Shown: positions 13,811-27,741, counted from the stretch's first letter. The stretch is DNA of 64,000 nucleotides from Tubiluchus corallicola (GCA_030141605.1 JAQGDQ010000417.1:124001-188000); one strand, 5' to 3'. Notes: a model not told the origin generated them from the sequence alone. Numbers and translations are program-made.

Positions 13811-14893
13811 CTGCTTATCTTTGTATCGCATGCTACCCGTTCTTGCCAAGCTCCCGGCTATCCGCAAAGTCTCTTCCCTGTTGTCGCCGCGAGCATCCCA
13901 TCCTGGGCGCAAGGTGAGCTCGCTCAGTTCCAGTACCGGCTGCACCGTTAACGAGACGGTGTCTCCAGCTTCCTTAATCAACTCTATCACCTCATCTCGC
14001 GATTTCTCTTCCACGTTTACTCCACATACCTCCACTAACCTGTCACCGGGAAGAAGGCCTGTATGGTTGTTTTTCCCCAGCACTCCGGGTTCGGCAAAGA
14101 TAACATTCTTGGGCGTCTCGCGGTTATCAACGGGGTTGCGTTCGATGATCACGGCTCTACGTAAGGAAAAGCCGAAGTCTCCCTTTACCGTGCGATGTAT
14201 GACGAGACCTTGTGATCGGGGAGGCTTCGGGGGTACTATATTCGGCAAGTGAAGGTCAACGTCGAACGCTTTTTCTGCAGCAACTTCATCAAACTCTGCA
14301 AGTTTGTCGTCGTCACTAGTTTCCTCAACCTCGTCAATTTTAATACTGGGTGGCGTGTCCTCCGTATTAACAACGCCATTAATAACGAGTAAGCCAATGT
14401 TTTCGTTCACTTCCGTGTTGCATGCCACAGCCATCGAATCATCCGGATCGCCCTGGATTCCGTAGTTAGGAGGACGAGTCGGTCCATAACTAGATTTGTC
14501 CTTCAAAATGCCTCTTTTCGAATGCCTCACGTCCTGTCCATTGTTCAACTGGACCGGGCCGTTATTGCCATCACTGTTAGTGTAAAACTGACTCTGAGCA
14601 CGAGGTTTACCACCAGAACTGATGCTAGATTCACTGCCACTGAGACTTGGGAGGGATGAACGTTTTTTGGATCCGAACACATCCTGACCATACGGTGATT
14701 TATACTTTCCGCTCTTGTCACTCGTCTTCCTCCCAATTCCAAACAACCCCTTCTTTGCCTCCTCCAACCTGTTCAACTCATCCGTCGTCAGGTGTTCTTT
14801 CTTTTTCGCCTCTTTTTTCTCGCGCTTTTCCTTCTTCTTTCTCTCCTTCTCCTCCGGGTCTTTTTCTTTGTCCTTCTTCATAAAATTGAACAT
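13811..14893 (-). CDS. MYO18A: Unconventional myosin-XVIIIa, first coding exon (KE-rich N-terminus + PDZ domain)
   Basis: The ATG at 14893 gives MFNFMKKDKEKD, like the vertebrate MYO18A start MFNLMKKDKDKD. A K/E-rich segment and PDZ motifs follow (GDFGFSLRR...GLLPGDRLVEVCGVNVE). Acceptor TTTTGCAG lies about 20 nt upstream of the ATG; donor CAG|GTGAG at 13811. Confidence 0.93.
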
Positions 14894-16346
14894 CTTAGCT
14901 GTTTCGGCCACTCTGCAAAACAAATGAGCATTCATGATTCGCCAGGTGTGAGTTAGTAATGGTCGAACTTACATAATGTCACCTAAGCACATTCCAATTC
15001 GGTTCGATTGCACACAGTTCAACAAGCACAATGCGGGAGCTTCTCTTTCAACAACGCCCGCATGCAGAACTGAACTAATCAACTGACGGACACACGGCTA
15101 TAAAGCACACATTAATCCAGCAAGCGGTGAATTGAAATCAATAACTCTCATTTAATGTGACAACAGCAGCATAACAATAATAAAGTTCCACGGCCTTAAC
15201 AGTGTCTCTTGTGAATACGCTAGGCTACCCGGACATGCATGACTTGAAACCAGCATCCACTCAGCAATCAGTATAAAACTCTCACAGAGCACCACCATTC
15301 AGAAGTCATCAGAAGACACATCTCACGAGACATGCAAGCTCGCGCCAGTCATATTCTCTGTCAAATATTATCTATATACAGAAACCAGCAGTTCTACGTC
15401 AACACAGAACTGCGGTTCATTATTCTTTAATTATTGATATAATCTGATGTACATTATGTAAATATACGCTAAGTTTGTCTTCATGCCAAGGTAAACACTA
15501 TTTGAGTGACCAATAGTAAAATGCCATGTGCTGCCATCTTGCGGAATGCAGCAAGGCTATTTTTATGCTGCCTAAAGCCTATTCGAAACATGTAAATTAG
15601 ATTTATTCGATGAGGTAACGCTGTAATCGTGTAGATTATGTTTTAACGTGAAGTTAATCACGCACTTTCGAAATCAGTGCCTGTTTACATGCATTAATCG
15701 AGAAAACAAAAGTTCCAAAAGTCTTTCAGTACAAAGAGACAAAAGTCCATTTTAATGATTTAAAGAAGAACATCTATAAAGTAAGTTTCAGAATCAACTC
15801 TCAACAACAGCCGGTCCTTTTTTAAAGGTTCAAAAGCCTTTGTAGCAACGCCAAAAAAAGCACTATTTTAGGCTAAAATTGCAAATGTTAAATTCATGGC
15901 TTTTTGCGGACTGTGGCGCTATCATTACTTTGTTGAGATCCGATAAAATGATGTTCAATATTGAGCAACTCAAATTGTTTATAAACAATTATTAAAAACG
16001 TGTGATTTCAGAATGCTTTTTGACCAAAGAACAATGATTACACTGATAATTTAAACTCTGGCTGAAAAAACCTAGAACTGAATTACTAATACTACACCTT
16101 TGTGGTGTAAATAATTAACAATTTAGCTTGTTTAATCTTAATATGAACTCTAGTTAGCAGTCGAGTATAAACTACTATATTATACAATCAATGTAGTTAA
16201 GATTATAATAACTTCCCCATATTAATTAGAACATACATAATTTTTATACACGTTGTATAATATTAATTTTATTGTTAAATGACTTACTATTTCAGAAACC
16301 CCTATTCACATTAACTTCTGATTACATGTTTAACAAATGCTGCATA

Positions 16347-16760
16347 AAAGTCGTGTTCATTTGTAGTAAATGTAATTGGCCACAAGCCAAGTTTAGCACA
16401 TTAAATGAAGTTCTACAGATACAGCAGAGTGTGCATGGACATCCTAAAGTATTTCAGTCATGATTGTAGTTTACTAAACCTACTTAAAGTCGTGTTCATT
16501 TGTAGTAAATGTAATTGGCCACAAGCCAAGTTTAGCACATTAAATGCAGCTCTACAGATACAGCAGAGTGTGCATGGACATCCTAAAGTATTTCAGACAT
16601 TATTGTAGCTTACTGAGCCGACTTAAAGTCGTGTCCATTTGTAATAATTATAATTGGCCACAAGCCAAGTCTAGCACATTAAGTACAATTTTGCCAATTT
16701 GGTGCAGTGTGCATGGACATCCTAAAGTATTTCTGTCATGACTGTATCTTACTAAACCAA
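16347..16760. repeat. 139-bp tandem repeat, 3 copies
   Basis: AAAGTCGTGT recurs at 16347, 16486 and 16625. Confidence 0.88.
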
Positions 16761-17238
16761 CTTATTAGCTTTATTTTTGTTAAAAACAATTTCCAAATGA
16801 ACCTATCCCTTTTACCGTCTCTACAAAACATGCCTGTTCTCTGTCCAGTTTCACCAAAGGAAATGTTCTACATGGGCTAACATGGCACAGTAATTTAAAA
16901 CAGGCTTAAGCAGCTAAGAGGCAGGAAGTAATAAGTGTGCTTTAATGTCGAAGCTGAATGTAAATTCACTTGAACTGCTCAAAAACTTCTGCGTTTTGAA
17001 GAGTACCATAAATTCCTAACACATTTCAACAGACAATATGACATAAATATTAGTTAGACACTGAACAATGATAATTCTTTATATTCGTTATATTTGTGTA
17101 ACATTAATCGTATCGTTAATTGAATTAGTAGTTAAAATGTATAATTTTGCATTAATAGTGGTAGACTCTGCAGTTAATATATATGACAGATTATTAATCA
17201 GATCACTAATTAATCAGACATGATTACTAACTATAGAT

Positions 17239-18282
17239 CAGGGGTGTGCTAAGTGCGGCCCGCAAATGCAAATGTCAACCTAAAGAAAGTGCGGCCCGGG
17301 CAATGAATTGAGCGTATCCAGCTGAAGTCCGTGCCACGATTGCAAAGACAGTGCCGGTAGATTTTTCCACTAGATCGGATGGTATTAACTCTTACAAGAT
17401 GGTTGTAGCTTAATGTCCCTGTCCGACATGACGAAATTACACGTTGCTCACTTGGAACACAAACAAGTTGTAATCACAGAACACAGAAAAGTATCACGGA
17501 AGCCACCATTGAAACATTCAAATGTGCAAGCAATGCAAGAAGCAATCTGACTGGCTGGTAGGAAGACCAACCAGCCAATCTCTGGGCAAATAATAGTCAA
17601 TCTTTTATTATTGGGGCTGTTATTCTGCCCAGTTGTCTTCTTGGTCACAGCAGGTAGATCATTTTGACTTGGATGTTTTACAAAATATATTATAAATAAA
17701 TAAATTATAAAAAAAAGAAATATAAAATAACTAAGTCAAAATGATCAACCTACTACGACCAAGAAGATGACTGGGCAGATCAATTTGTAAGTAGCCAGCA
17801 AGCTGAAAAAGTGTTGTCACTCCTGATATAGGGGGATTCCCAGATTTTAGTTTCTGCTTAGGCTCAGTAGTACATGCCTTGATCAATGGCTGCGTCATAG
17901 TGTCATCAGGTGTAGTGTTCTTATAGATCAGAAACATGGATAAGAAAAAAGAGGAAGATTCAAGAAGAACATCGAGTCAAAACAGATTAATATACACTGT
18001 ACTACACAGACTGTGTGACACACATTACTAATATGCATTGTAATGAAATTACAACTGCATGTATCTATTGTGAAAGTAGAAATATATGGTTTTTAATATA
18101 AATTTTATAATAACTTCTAAAATAGTTTCTTGAGTGTAGTACTGCAGTAGTAATGATGTGCGCAGATCAGATGCAAAAAAGGTCCTACTGTACTTGGCTC
18201 CTTGATCAAACTGTATGCGGCCCGCAGGAATTGCGGGAGTTTTAAACTTGGCCCAGCTAGTCAGATAATTTGCACACCCCTG
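17239..18282. mobile_element. Non-autonomous hAT-type DNA transposon
   Basis: TIRs CAGGGGTGTGC / GCACACCCCTG, perfect 8-bp TSD CTATAGAT (17231-17238 and 18283-18290), subterminal GCGGCCCGC motifs. Confidence 0.9.
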
Positions 18283-21200
18283 CTATAGATGTATATGTAT
18301 TGTAACGAAGCCAGGTGGTGCTGATAAACTTGATCCATGTGAATTTACAGAAGATCGTCAGGTAAACCAGTAGAAACAGCAAAAATTTGATTATAAACTG
18401 TCAGGTTGCTCTTCTTGCACCCTCCATGCCAGTGGAACAGGTGCTGAGATGGTAAAAGGCATCTACTAGACCACCAGAACCATTACATAACAGTGCACAT
18501 ATAGAGGTCGGTATGCAATGGCTGCATACTGGACAGAACCATTACAGTGCAAGGGTGGCAGTGAAAACAAATGACATTTCGCCGTCGTTGCAATATATAT
18601 AATGCCTAAATTCCTTTGTGCAGTAAAAAATTAGAAAAAATATTTTCAAATATTAACTTATAAAAACAATAAATTAACTGTTTTGTCTTTACGCTTATGC
18701 TTCATTTTTCAAACTTCTTAACTCTATGCTGTTATTTGCTGTATGATGTTTACTTTTGTAAGTCACAAGGAATACTGGCTGATTACTGTACCTGCAAAAC
18801 CGTTAATAGTTTGACTGTTAACTCATTAAGCCTGAAAGCGTGATTTGTAACTAGAAAATCAAAAGGAAACCACTAGGCAAGTGATTAAATGATTAGCTTC
18901 TAGAAATTCTTTGGGTAACGAGGTTAATTGCAGTGGGCAAGCGGGTAACAGATTCGAAGCAAAACCGCTTCGCTAGCATATTAGCGCATGATAAACGTAC
19001 TTGTTTACAAACAAGACGGTGTTTAACATAATTGTTTCTACATATATAATGCACAAAAGGGAAGTAAAAATGACATAAAAGAAGGAAAGGCTGTTTGGGC
19101 ACATAAAAATGTCTTATTTTAAGTACGTGAAGGAAAAATATTGAGTCAATTAAGCGAAGCTATTTGAGTCAATTAAGCGATTGAATCTATTAACTGTGAG
19201 TCTATTAAACAGCGACTACTGTATTGTATTTTTACATCTTTCTTTAATTTGACAATATTTATGGAATTGTCGTGATCGGAATAATTTAATAATGAGCTGG
19301 TCAGTATTCATTCACCAATTGCAGCTGAACACCACTCTTTCTTCACTGATAACTGTTTGGCTCGACCCATCACTACTACTGAGTACTACTACTAGCTGGA
19401 AGAGGCTGTGCTGATTCAGCCGACTGAAACGGCTGTGAATTTACTTGTAACTGTTTTGCTTAAAATAGTAATTGCGGCCATTTTCATTGCAATCTTCGTT
19501 CTTACGTAAGGCTTATCATTAAAGGTGAGCACACTGGGTGTGTACAACGTAGCAACTGTTATTCGATGTTATGGCAAGATAACAGCAGTGGTTATATTGC
19601 AGGGCATGTTCAGCCAGAATTGAGAGAGAAAATATCAAAGGACGAAATTTTTGGCGAACGAATGATTATATTAAATCGCAATACACTAACAATGCTATAG
19701 TTTAAATGGTCATAATGCATCAAAGCCGTAAGAGTCTTATTCAATTGGTAATTTAATATCGTATTCGTAATGTAAAATGTAAAGAGAGACGTAATTTGCT
19801 ATTACAAAGTGTAGCTAGTCGCAGTATTAAGATTAATTATACAAAGTAATATAATATACTGGTACCTTAACAAAGACCACAATTAAACCATACTTTTTTA
19901 ACAAAGTCACTGCTTTTTCCGGAAAAAACTCTATGCCACACTATATGTGACTAACTGGCGCGAGCGACAGCAGGCACTCGCAACAGCACGAATAATGATG
20001 AGCCGCAGAATTCTGACGGAGCAATTTCCACGGCCACACAAGTAATGACACCAGTGCGCCTTGCTTCGTAAGTCAAGACCAAGAAATTTAATTATTACGT
20101 GCAGCTTAAGTTCCTCACGTAGCACATAATATGGTAATGTCATAGAATGTCAGTGCTAACTTGTTATCATTCTCGCACATGAAGCTCCGCTTACTTGATA
20201 CTTCGTCATATGCTATCAAAAGAATAAGCTAATATATGGCCAAAAATTGTCAATATGAGGCCAATATTACTAGAAGTACAAATCATACTGATCATTTTAA
20301 TAATGTTTTAAGCTTAATAAAGTGGCGAACGCCTAAAGCAACTAAAGTAATTAATCATAATTATTTTCTTCAAAACAACGTTCACAGTGGACTTGCACTT
20401 ATGGTCCGCAATAGACTTCACCTCATTATTATGGCTAAAAAAACAAGCAGTAGGGATGCAAATATAGTCGAGTCCATGAGAGAAATTTAATAGTTAGTGG
20501 AATATAACCTGCTCTCAGGATGATGTGCTGTTATCAGGAAAAGGTATTAATTGCTCTGTACCTTACAGTCATTCTTAGCACACTAAAATAATTATGTCAC
20601 TCTGACAACAATGCAACTTTGTTAAAATAGTCAGAATTTATAATTTCTTTATTTATATAACAATTTACAATCTACATTAAATAACAAACAATAACAATGA
20701 TATTATTAAATTTAATGCAAAGTTTAAACTCTATAGAAACATGCATACGTTTGCAGTTTTACAACTTCTAACGGTTTGCATTGCATATACAATTCTTTAA
20801 TTAATACGATACGTAATAGTGTGGTAACAATAAATTTTTGAATATGAATGAAAGTTTGTTTTTCGAAGCATTAATGCTCATGAAACTGCCTTTTCACATC
20901 CTTTTGGCGGAGTTCCGTTTTATATGTCGTTCACTTTAATTTTGCATGTATTTAATAAATGATAAGTTAGTGCGATATTCAACAATAAGTACGTTACTTT
21001 ACTAAAGAAAACATTCTCCTTTAAATTACAAATGAATATTTCTCCATCACAAGCAACAGGACCAGAAACCTTTGAAGATTATACTGGTTTTTATGCAAAA
21101 CTGTCTTAAGATTTTAACTACAAAACTTGTTTCCTGGCAAAATGACAGAGATAAGTCAGTTGCCGGTACACTAGGTATAAGACTTTGTGGAGGGAAAATA

Positions 21201-21574
21201 TGAAAAAGTCACATGGTAACATCAAAGTCATACACCAACAACCGTCCCGTCGTTTTGCCCCTAAAACGAATTTGAAAAACTAACATTTGTCTGTCAGCTT
21301 CACATGATTAATTAACAATTTTGAACTTATTGTTTTACTTTAAAGGGTACAATAAGTTTAGAATTGCATGTACGCAGTGCCTCCACATAAAAACACCGCT
21401 TCAGATTTAGCAAAAGAGAGTAAAGCAAAAAGTCATGTAGCAATGCAAACTGGCGGACACTGTTAAATGGAATGTAAAATTAACTAAAATTTCTAGTGAC
21501 ACTACTGATCTACTCTAGACTATTAGTTTTTCTATACCACCCTGTACAGCCACAATCAATTTATAGAGCAGACA

Positions 21575-22590
21575 TTAACGTTTAACGTGATGAGTTGGCC
21601 CAGTCTGCGCTTTGCCTTTCAAACGTTGGCAGATATAAAACACTATGTCATACTGACGCTTTTTCAGTTGACTGTCTCTTGCAACAGAACGATAAGCGAA
21701 GAGCAACACGACGCGGAACATTGTTAGCACAAAAATGACAAAAACACAGATGAAAACGAGCAAAACTCCAAAACTAAATGCCGAAATGTCGTACAAATTG
21801 GCTTTGTCTCCTCGCCGAACCAGGCTGATCAATGTTGCTAATGTGTTAACGAAATTCAAGCTGTTCCTACCAAAGGAGTGCATGCAGAGTATAGCAAAGG
21901 CAACAAAGCTTATCAACATCAATATAGTAAGGTGAAGCATGGGCCACACAGACTCCCATATGGTAAAGAAATACAGCGAATACATTTTAACACGCAGCAA
22001 CCTGTTCCACAACTTTAGCATGACTACGAAAACCAAAATGGATAGCACACAGGCAAGAGTAAAGTCAAAGTACGCGGCTTCGCTAAAGTTAACGTAGCTC
22101 GTCTCTTCCTGCAAATTCTTATCTAGAAGCTGATTGACTATGCTCTTCTTCATCACAAACAAAGTCATGCAGGCAATGGATAGTCCCAATATGCCGAGTT
22201 CGATGATATTCCAAAAGCTTGTAAAATATGCCAACTTCCTGTCGACGATCTTGCTAATTTGTCGGAAGGTAAAAAAGCACATAAAAACCATGTATAGAAC
22301 CTGTGTGACCAACAGCACATAATCGGTCGTTATCAGGTACCTGGCCAAATCTAAGGTAAATATTTTGTACAGCGGAAAAATGCCACTGATTCCACGGAAC
22401 TCTAAACCTAACATGACTATGCTGAAGAGATTAGAATTCGCGTTAAAGATGGTTAATTCAATTATCAACGCTCGTGTGCGTTCGTCTATCCAATGTGAAT
22501 TTTTGAGTGACTCAATTATGAGTAAGTCTTCTGTGGCATTTCGAGTCAAATCCATCATGTATCCACCACTACTGTAAACTGCAAAATTAC
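21575..22590 (-). CDS. Polycystin-1-like terminal exon (PKD channel-like domain to stop)
   Basis: GNFAVYSSGGY...WIDERTRALIIELTIFNANSNLF...YFTSFWNIIE followed by hydrophobic helices; TAA stop at 21575. The 14 exons total 3287 nt and stay in frame. Confidence 0.93.
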
Positions 22591-22702
22591 CTATAAATTT
22601 ACAAAAACATCATGAAACATTGCCGGTAACCATGACAACACGATACAATAAAGGTTTACACAAAATAGGACGATGTATGAGGCATGGTCATGGTGAGTAG
22701 CA

Positions 22703-22950
<248 letters not shown>

Positions 22951-23179
22951 AAAGAGGAGGGAGGCATACAACATGATAATGATACTAATGATATTTTGTT
23001 AGTACGACTTGGTTATTTTAGAGAACATAACTTCATTGAGGGCAGTTTCTGCATCACTTAGGCCTATGTGGAAAACATTCTCTGATATTCATATGAAAAA
23101 AATATAGCAAGCAATTTTTGCCACAACCAATTAGAAACGATAAAAGTTCTTTCCAGAATCAAATGTAAATAAAACTGAC

Positions 23180-23362
23180 CTTCAATAGGCAAAATCCAGA
23201 AATGGGATAAGTTTTGGTAGGTCCATTGGTCAGGAGGAGTGGTTGAATTGCGATACTCAAGCCAGTTCTCGCTGTACGACTGGTCATCTTCGAAACTTTT
23301 TGAATACTGTGCGACGCACGTCTCGCTTATGGACTCCATGTTTTTCACAACAGAACACAAAC
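23180..23362 (-). CDS. Polycystin-1-like exon (TOP domain)
   Basis: GLCSV...CVAQYSKSFEDDQSYSENW...WTYQ...PIE(G); paired Cys and the W.Y motif; phases 1/1. Confidence 0.88.
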
Positions 23363-23479
23363 CTAAACCAAATCATTAAAGAGCAAGGAAATGTAATTTT
23401 AAAGTTCGGATCACAAAACTTTTCCTTTCCGTACAAAATTATATTACTTGGCATATTGCTGACTTTTTTGAAAGACTTA

Positions 23480-24027
23480 CCGTATTTTCCCATGTATAAG
23501 AGACCCTTGTGTATAAGAGACCCCTTCAATTTTTAGGCAAAAATTCTGGAAAAAAGTTTTTTGGTAATGAATAACTTTATGCCTGTGTCACGATGCTTGC
23601 ATTGCTTACAACCGCTTCATAGTCGAACGCGACACGCCTTGCTTAGGCTGACTCATCTCGTTGACCTCTGCCGACGTATCAATGACGTCGACGGGCATGC
23701 AGAGAGCTTATGCAGATGCGTTGATTGGCTGCAGAACAATCGATTTCTCTCCAAGCAGAACAATCGATTTCTCTCCAATACCAAAGAGACATTTAAAAAA
23801 ATAATAACTTACCCGGTACATTAATTTTATCATTAGAATTTAGCCATGGAGAAGATTTATTGAAAGGAAACTATAATTATTCGAAATAAAACAGTTATAG
23901 AGCACTTATTTCTTTAAAATCATTAGTGTCACAATTTATGCATCTTATTGAAAAGACTTACTCCCATGTATAAGAGACTCCCTATTTTTAAAGTGAAAAA
24001 GGGTCTCTTATACGCGGGAAAATACGG
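23480..24027. mobile_element. Tc1/mariner-type MITE
   Basis: TA|CCGTATTTTCCCATGTATAAGAGACCC ... GGGTCTCTTATACGCGGGAAAATACGG|TA. Confidence 0.85.
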
Positions 24028-25255
24028 TATGTAATTGGAAAAGAAAATTCTTAATAATTTAAAATATTTTCACCAAAACTGCACAGCATTGCCATCCCAG
24101 CATGCACCACTGATTCACCAAAATCAAATTATTGATCTTATTGACAAGATAAAGTCATTTACACTTTTGCTTAGTTAGTAACATGTGTGCTACGAATGCT
24201 CTGATTATTTTTTCAAACTTTACGCAATGCTATCTAAATTAGTTTCAAATGACTTACCGTTAAAATGGCTGTGCCCAACAGTCATCACGGGAACTTAAAT
24301 CTACATGTTTTATACAGCGTTACTGCTAACGCAAGCTCTGTGTGCAATTAGATAGTGTGTAGATGATATAAAATTCCAAGACAAATTTTTAAAGTTTTAT
24401 TTATGAAGAGTGTTTCCTAGTGCACTAAGTTACGAAGTGGTTTGCAAATTTCTGAGAATACAAAATCTACTTGACTTATTACAAACGAAGCCAGTTGGTG
24501 AATGTGTCTATGAAGCCACAAAAGCTTATAATGCTGTGCAAATATTAATGGAATATGGTGCACCATTAACAAATTCAGGTAAAACAATTAATACTTGCAA
24601 ATATGAATGCAAACTAATATCATTTAATTTTGTTTTTGCTTCATTTAATTGTCCCTTATAATATGGATAGCTTTTGCATTATTTTTCTTTATCACGTTAA
24701 AATGAACTACACTGAAGGAATTTCTAAACTCAGTAATATTATAAATGAACTCTAATCCAGCCATGTGCAAAAGGTATTAAATAGGAGTGGCTGACTTAGT
24801 TGACTGTTTGGTCTTTCGCCACCCTTTCTCCATACAATTAACCTTTCTTTTTAACACCAAGTCAAATTGTCAAAATCATTATTATGCCTCTCTTGTACTG
24901 TAAAATTTAAAGGACATAAATAAACGATCTTAATATTAACCTTAATCAAAATTGAACAGCAAAACGCAAATAACACTTACAAATTCGTAAGCAGCACAAC
25001 AAAACTACTGTAGAATTGAAATGTACACTTATGTGCGACGGCTTTACTGATAAAGGTTGCGCAGTTGTACATTACATAATGTACTACTTTACGTACATAT
25101 GTAAGATTTCCTCATTTTTGCTAGCTGTTCGAATCCGCATCCTGTCTTCGACTTTTTTACATTTCCTTTCCTTCGAATTTCAAAACTCAACAATTGTGGA
25201 TTTATTCCATCATTAATAATTTTGAAAAGAAGATAACGAATGATTAAACTCCTAC

Positions 25256-25421
25256 CCTCTTTTACTCTCAGTTGACGCAGTCTAACTACTCCCACGGGCC
25301 AGCTGACCAGGTCCGCTGCATAACCCGGAGGTGCAAACTGTTCAATGTTAGCTGTGTCCGGGAATAAATTAGCCAGCAAAGTATGACTGATGTAATCCCA
25401 CATGCTTATGATGTCTTTTAT
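25256..25421 (-). CDS. Polycystin-1-like exon (TOP domain)
   Basis: MWDYISHTLLANLF...VGVVRLRQLRVKEG is the polycystin RLRQ.R motif. Confidence 0.92.
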
Positions 25422-25746
25422 CTAACAAAATTCAGATGCAATCGAGTTAAACATAAGAACAAATTTGGCTTTATCAAATGTGAAGAAATCTGTCTGAAAA
25501 TTAGTTTGTGCCTTCATGCTTTTCAGTTATTCCATAAAAACGGACAGTGAATGCAGTATGGTTCACTGCCATGTTTGGACAGCAAAAGTGACGTCTTTAA
25601 TGACCCAATACCCAAGGCGTCCAGGAGCCAAGTTGACAGTAAATGTTGATTAATCTTTCAAGTTTATGAACGCATGTCAATTAAAGATAAAATACGGCTC
25701 TGCAAGGTTGTATTTTTAATTATAATTAATGATTATACGAACTCAC

Positions 25747-25822
25747 ATCTGTAAATTTAGTTTTTCCGTAGTAATTTGTGTTAAGTACTAGATCCTCAAC
25801 AGTATGACTCACCATATGGAAC
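25747..25822 (-). CDS. Polycystin-1-like small exon (start of TOP domain)
   Basis: Not in the ORF track. FHMVSHTVEDLVLNTNYYGKTKFTD; TTTGTAG / GTGAGT; phases 2/0 fit. Confidence 0.8.
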
Positions 25823-26262
25823 CTACAAATAATGATAATGTTAATGAACAAAAAACAATACTAGTATGTCTGTCGAACATGTGTGGTTCGTCACAAACTA
25901 ACAATCTGCAATGCGAGATGTAGCACCTGTTTTTTGAGCAGCGCGTTTCTCAAATGCAGGCGCTTATGCCCATCTAACTGGAGAATGGCAAAATGCACGT
26001 AACAGCAAAGAACTAGGGGCTCGAATGTGAAACTGTGTTTGTGTGGTAATAATTCTTTCACATAATCACAAACAAAATAGTATGTTTCCCTTCAATTTTA
26101 AAGAGTAGATTGTTTTGACCTACAGTTTAAGATTGGTTCTGGTTTTGTTTTAAAACTTGCACACGTGCACACACATTCCACAACTTCGTATGCAAGTTTG
26201 CAAAACATCGGATTTCCTTTTATTTACCATGGGCACCAACCCTAATACAACTAATAGTACCA

Positions 26263-26664
26263 CACTCTATAATATAGCAGAGTTCATGAGTCTCATGATG
26301 TTTTGGCTATACTACTCTATAATATAGCAGAGTTCATGAGTCTCGTGATGTTTTGGCTATACTACTCTATAATATAGCAGAGTTCATGAGTCTCATGATG
26401 TTTTGGCTATACTACTCTATAATATAGCAGAGTTCATGAGTCTCGTGATGTTTTGGCTATACTACTCTATAATATAGCAGAGTTCATGAGTCTCATGATG
26501 TTTTGGCTATACTACTCTATAATATAGCAGAGTTCATGAGTCTCATGATGTTTTGGCTATACTACTCTATAATATAGCAGAGTTCATGAGTCTCGTGATG
26601 TTTTGGCTATACTACTCTATAATATAGCAGAGTTCATGAGTCTCGTGATGTTTTGGCTATACTA
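26263..26664. repeat. 50-bp minisatellite, 8 copies
   Basis: ACTACTCTATAATATAGCAGAGTTCATGAGTCTCRTGATGTTTTGGCTAT. Confidence 0.92.
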
Positions 26665-27055
26665 AAGTGCATTATTAAAATTGAAAATTAAACATTTCTG
26701 TGTATTATTGAGATTTTATTCACTTATGCAAAAAACCGTTTAGATATCTATAAAGCATAATGAACTGTAGTAACAGCGTAAGAAAGTTCATTAGTACCTC
26801 AATAATTGCCCTTAATTTTTTTTTATTTTTTGCCTTGTTATTTTTAAATTTTTTGACTTTTGATTTTGATACCTAAAAATGCAAAAATTTATGGAGCATA
26901 AATTCGGCCCTTACACTCCTGCAACTGGCAAGATGATCCCTAGGCCTGGGCTTTCCATGTTTCACACTTATTTTTAAATCAAATGGTTGGCAGGTCCGCT
27001 TTTCCATTTGCCTTTCTTCACATCAAAAAAGCTTTAGGCCTAAGGCAGTAACATT

Positions 27056-27612
27056 AACCTCTGACCTTCACCTCTGATCATTCATGTCTGACAAAGGTCA
27101 CTGAAGTTTGGTGACCTTGACCTCTGAGCATTCATGTCTGATGAATTTCAATGAAGTTTGATGACCTTGACCTCTGACCATTCATGTCTGACAAAGGTCA
27201 CTGAAGTTTGGTGACTTTGACCTCTGAGCATTCATGTCTGATGAATTTCAATGAAGTTTGATGACCTTGACCTCTGACCATTCATGTCTGTTGGAGGTCA
27301 ATCAAGTTTAGTGACCTTGACCTCTGATCATTCATGTCTGCTGGAGGTCAATAAAGTTTGGTGACCTAGACCTCTGATCACTCATGTCTGACGAAGGTCA
27401 ATGAAGTTTGGTGGCTTAGACCTCTGACTAATCATGTCTGCTCGATGTCAATCATGTTTGGTGACCTTGACTACTAACTTTTTCGTCCACATTCACGTCA
27501 GCTGGAGGTCAGTGAAGTTCAGTGACCTTGGCCCAAAATCTTTTACGTCCACAATCATGTTGGTTTGGTCCCGACTGTTGGAAGACAGTCAAGCTGGTGA
27601 CCTTGACCTCTA
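27056..27612. repeat. 50-bp TGACCTTGACCT-containing minisatellite, decaying to the right
   Basis: TGACCTTGACCTCTGA.CATTCATGTCTG...GAAGTTTG with a period of 50. Confidence 0.85.
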
Positions 27613-27741
27613 CATTAATCTTTGTTGGAGGACACTCATGCTGGTCTGATATTAAATAAGGTGTAAAAAGCGCACCCTAGTTACCCTACTTCCGTCTGAC
27701 ACAAAATTACATGTAATGAAGGTAAGAAATGGACAACGTAC

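Noticed and set aside
13742-14927. Plus-strand ORFs over the myosin PDZ exon (similarly over the polycystin, GPCR and gag-pol ORFs)
   Set aside because: Antisense shadows of real coding sequence with no recognisable motifs.
15531-15544. YY1-like CAAGATGGCAG motif as the myosin promoter
   Set aside because: A single short motif; the non-coding first exon and TSS cannot be placed from sequence alone.
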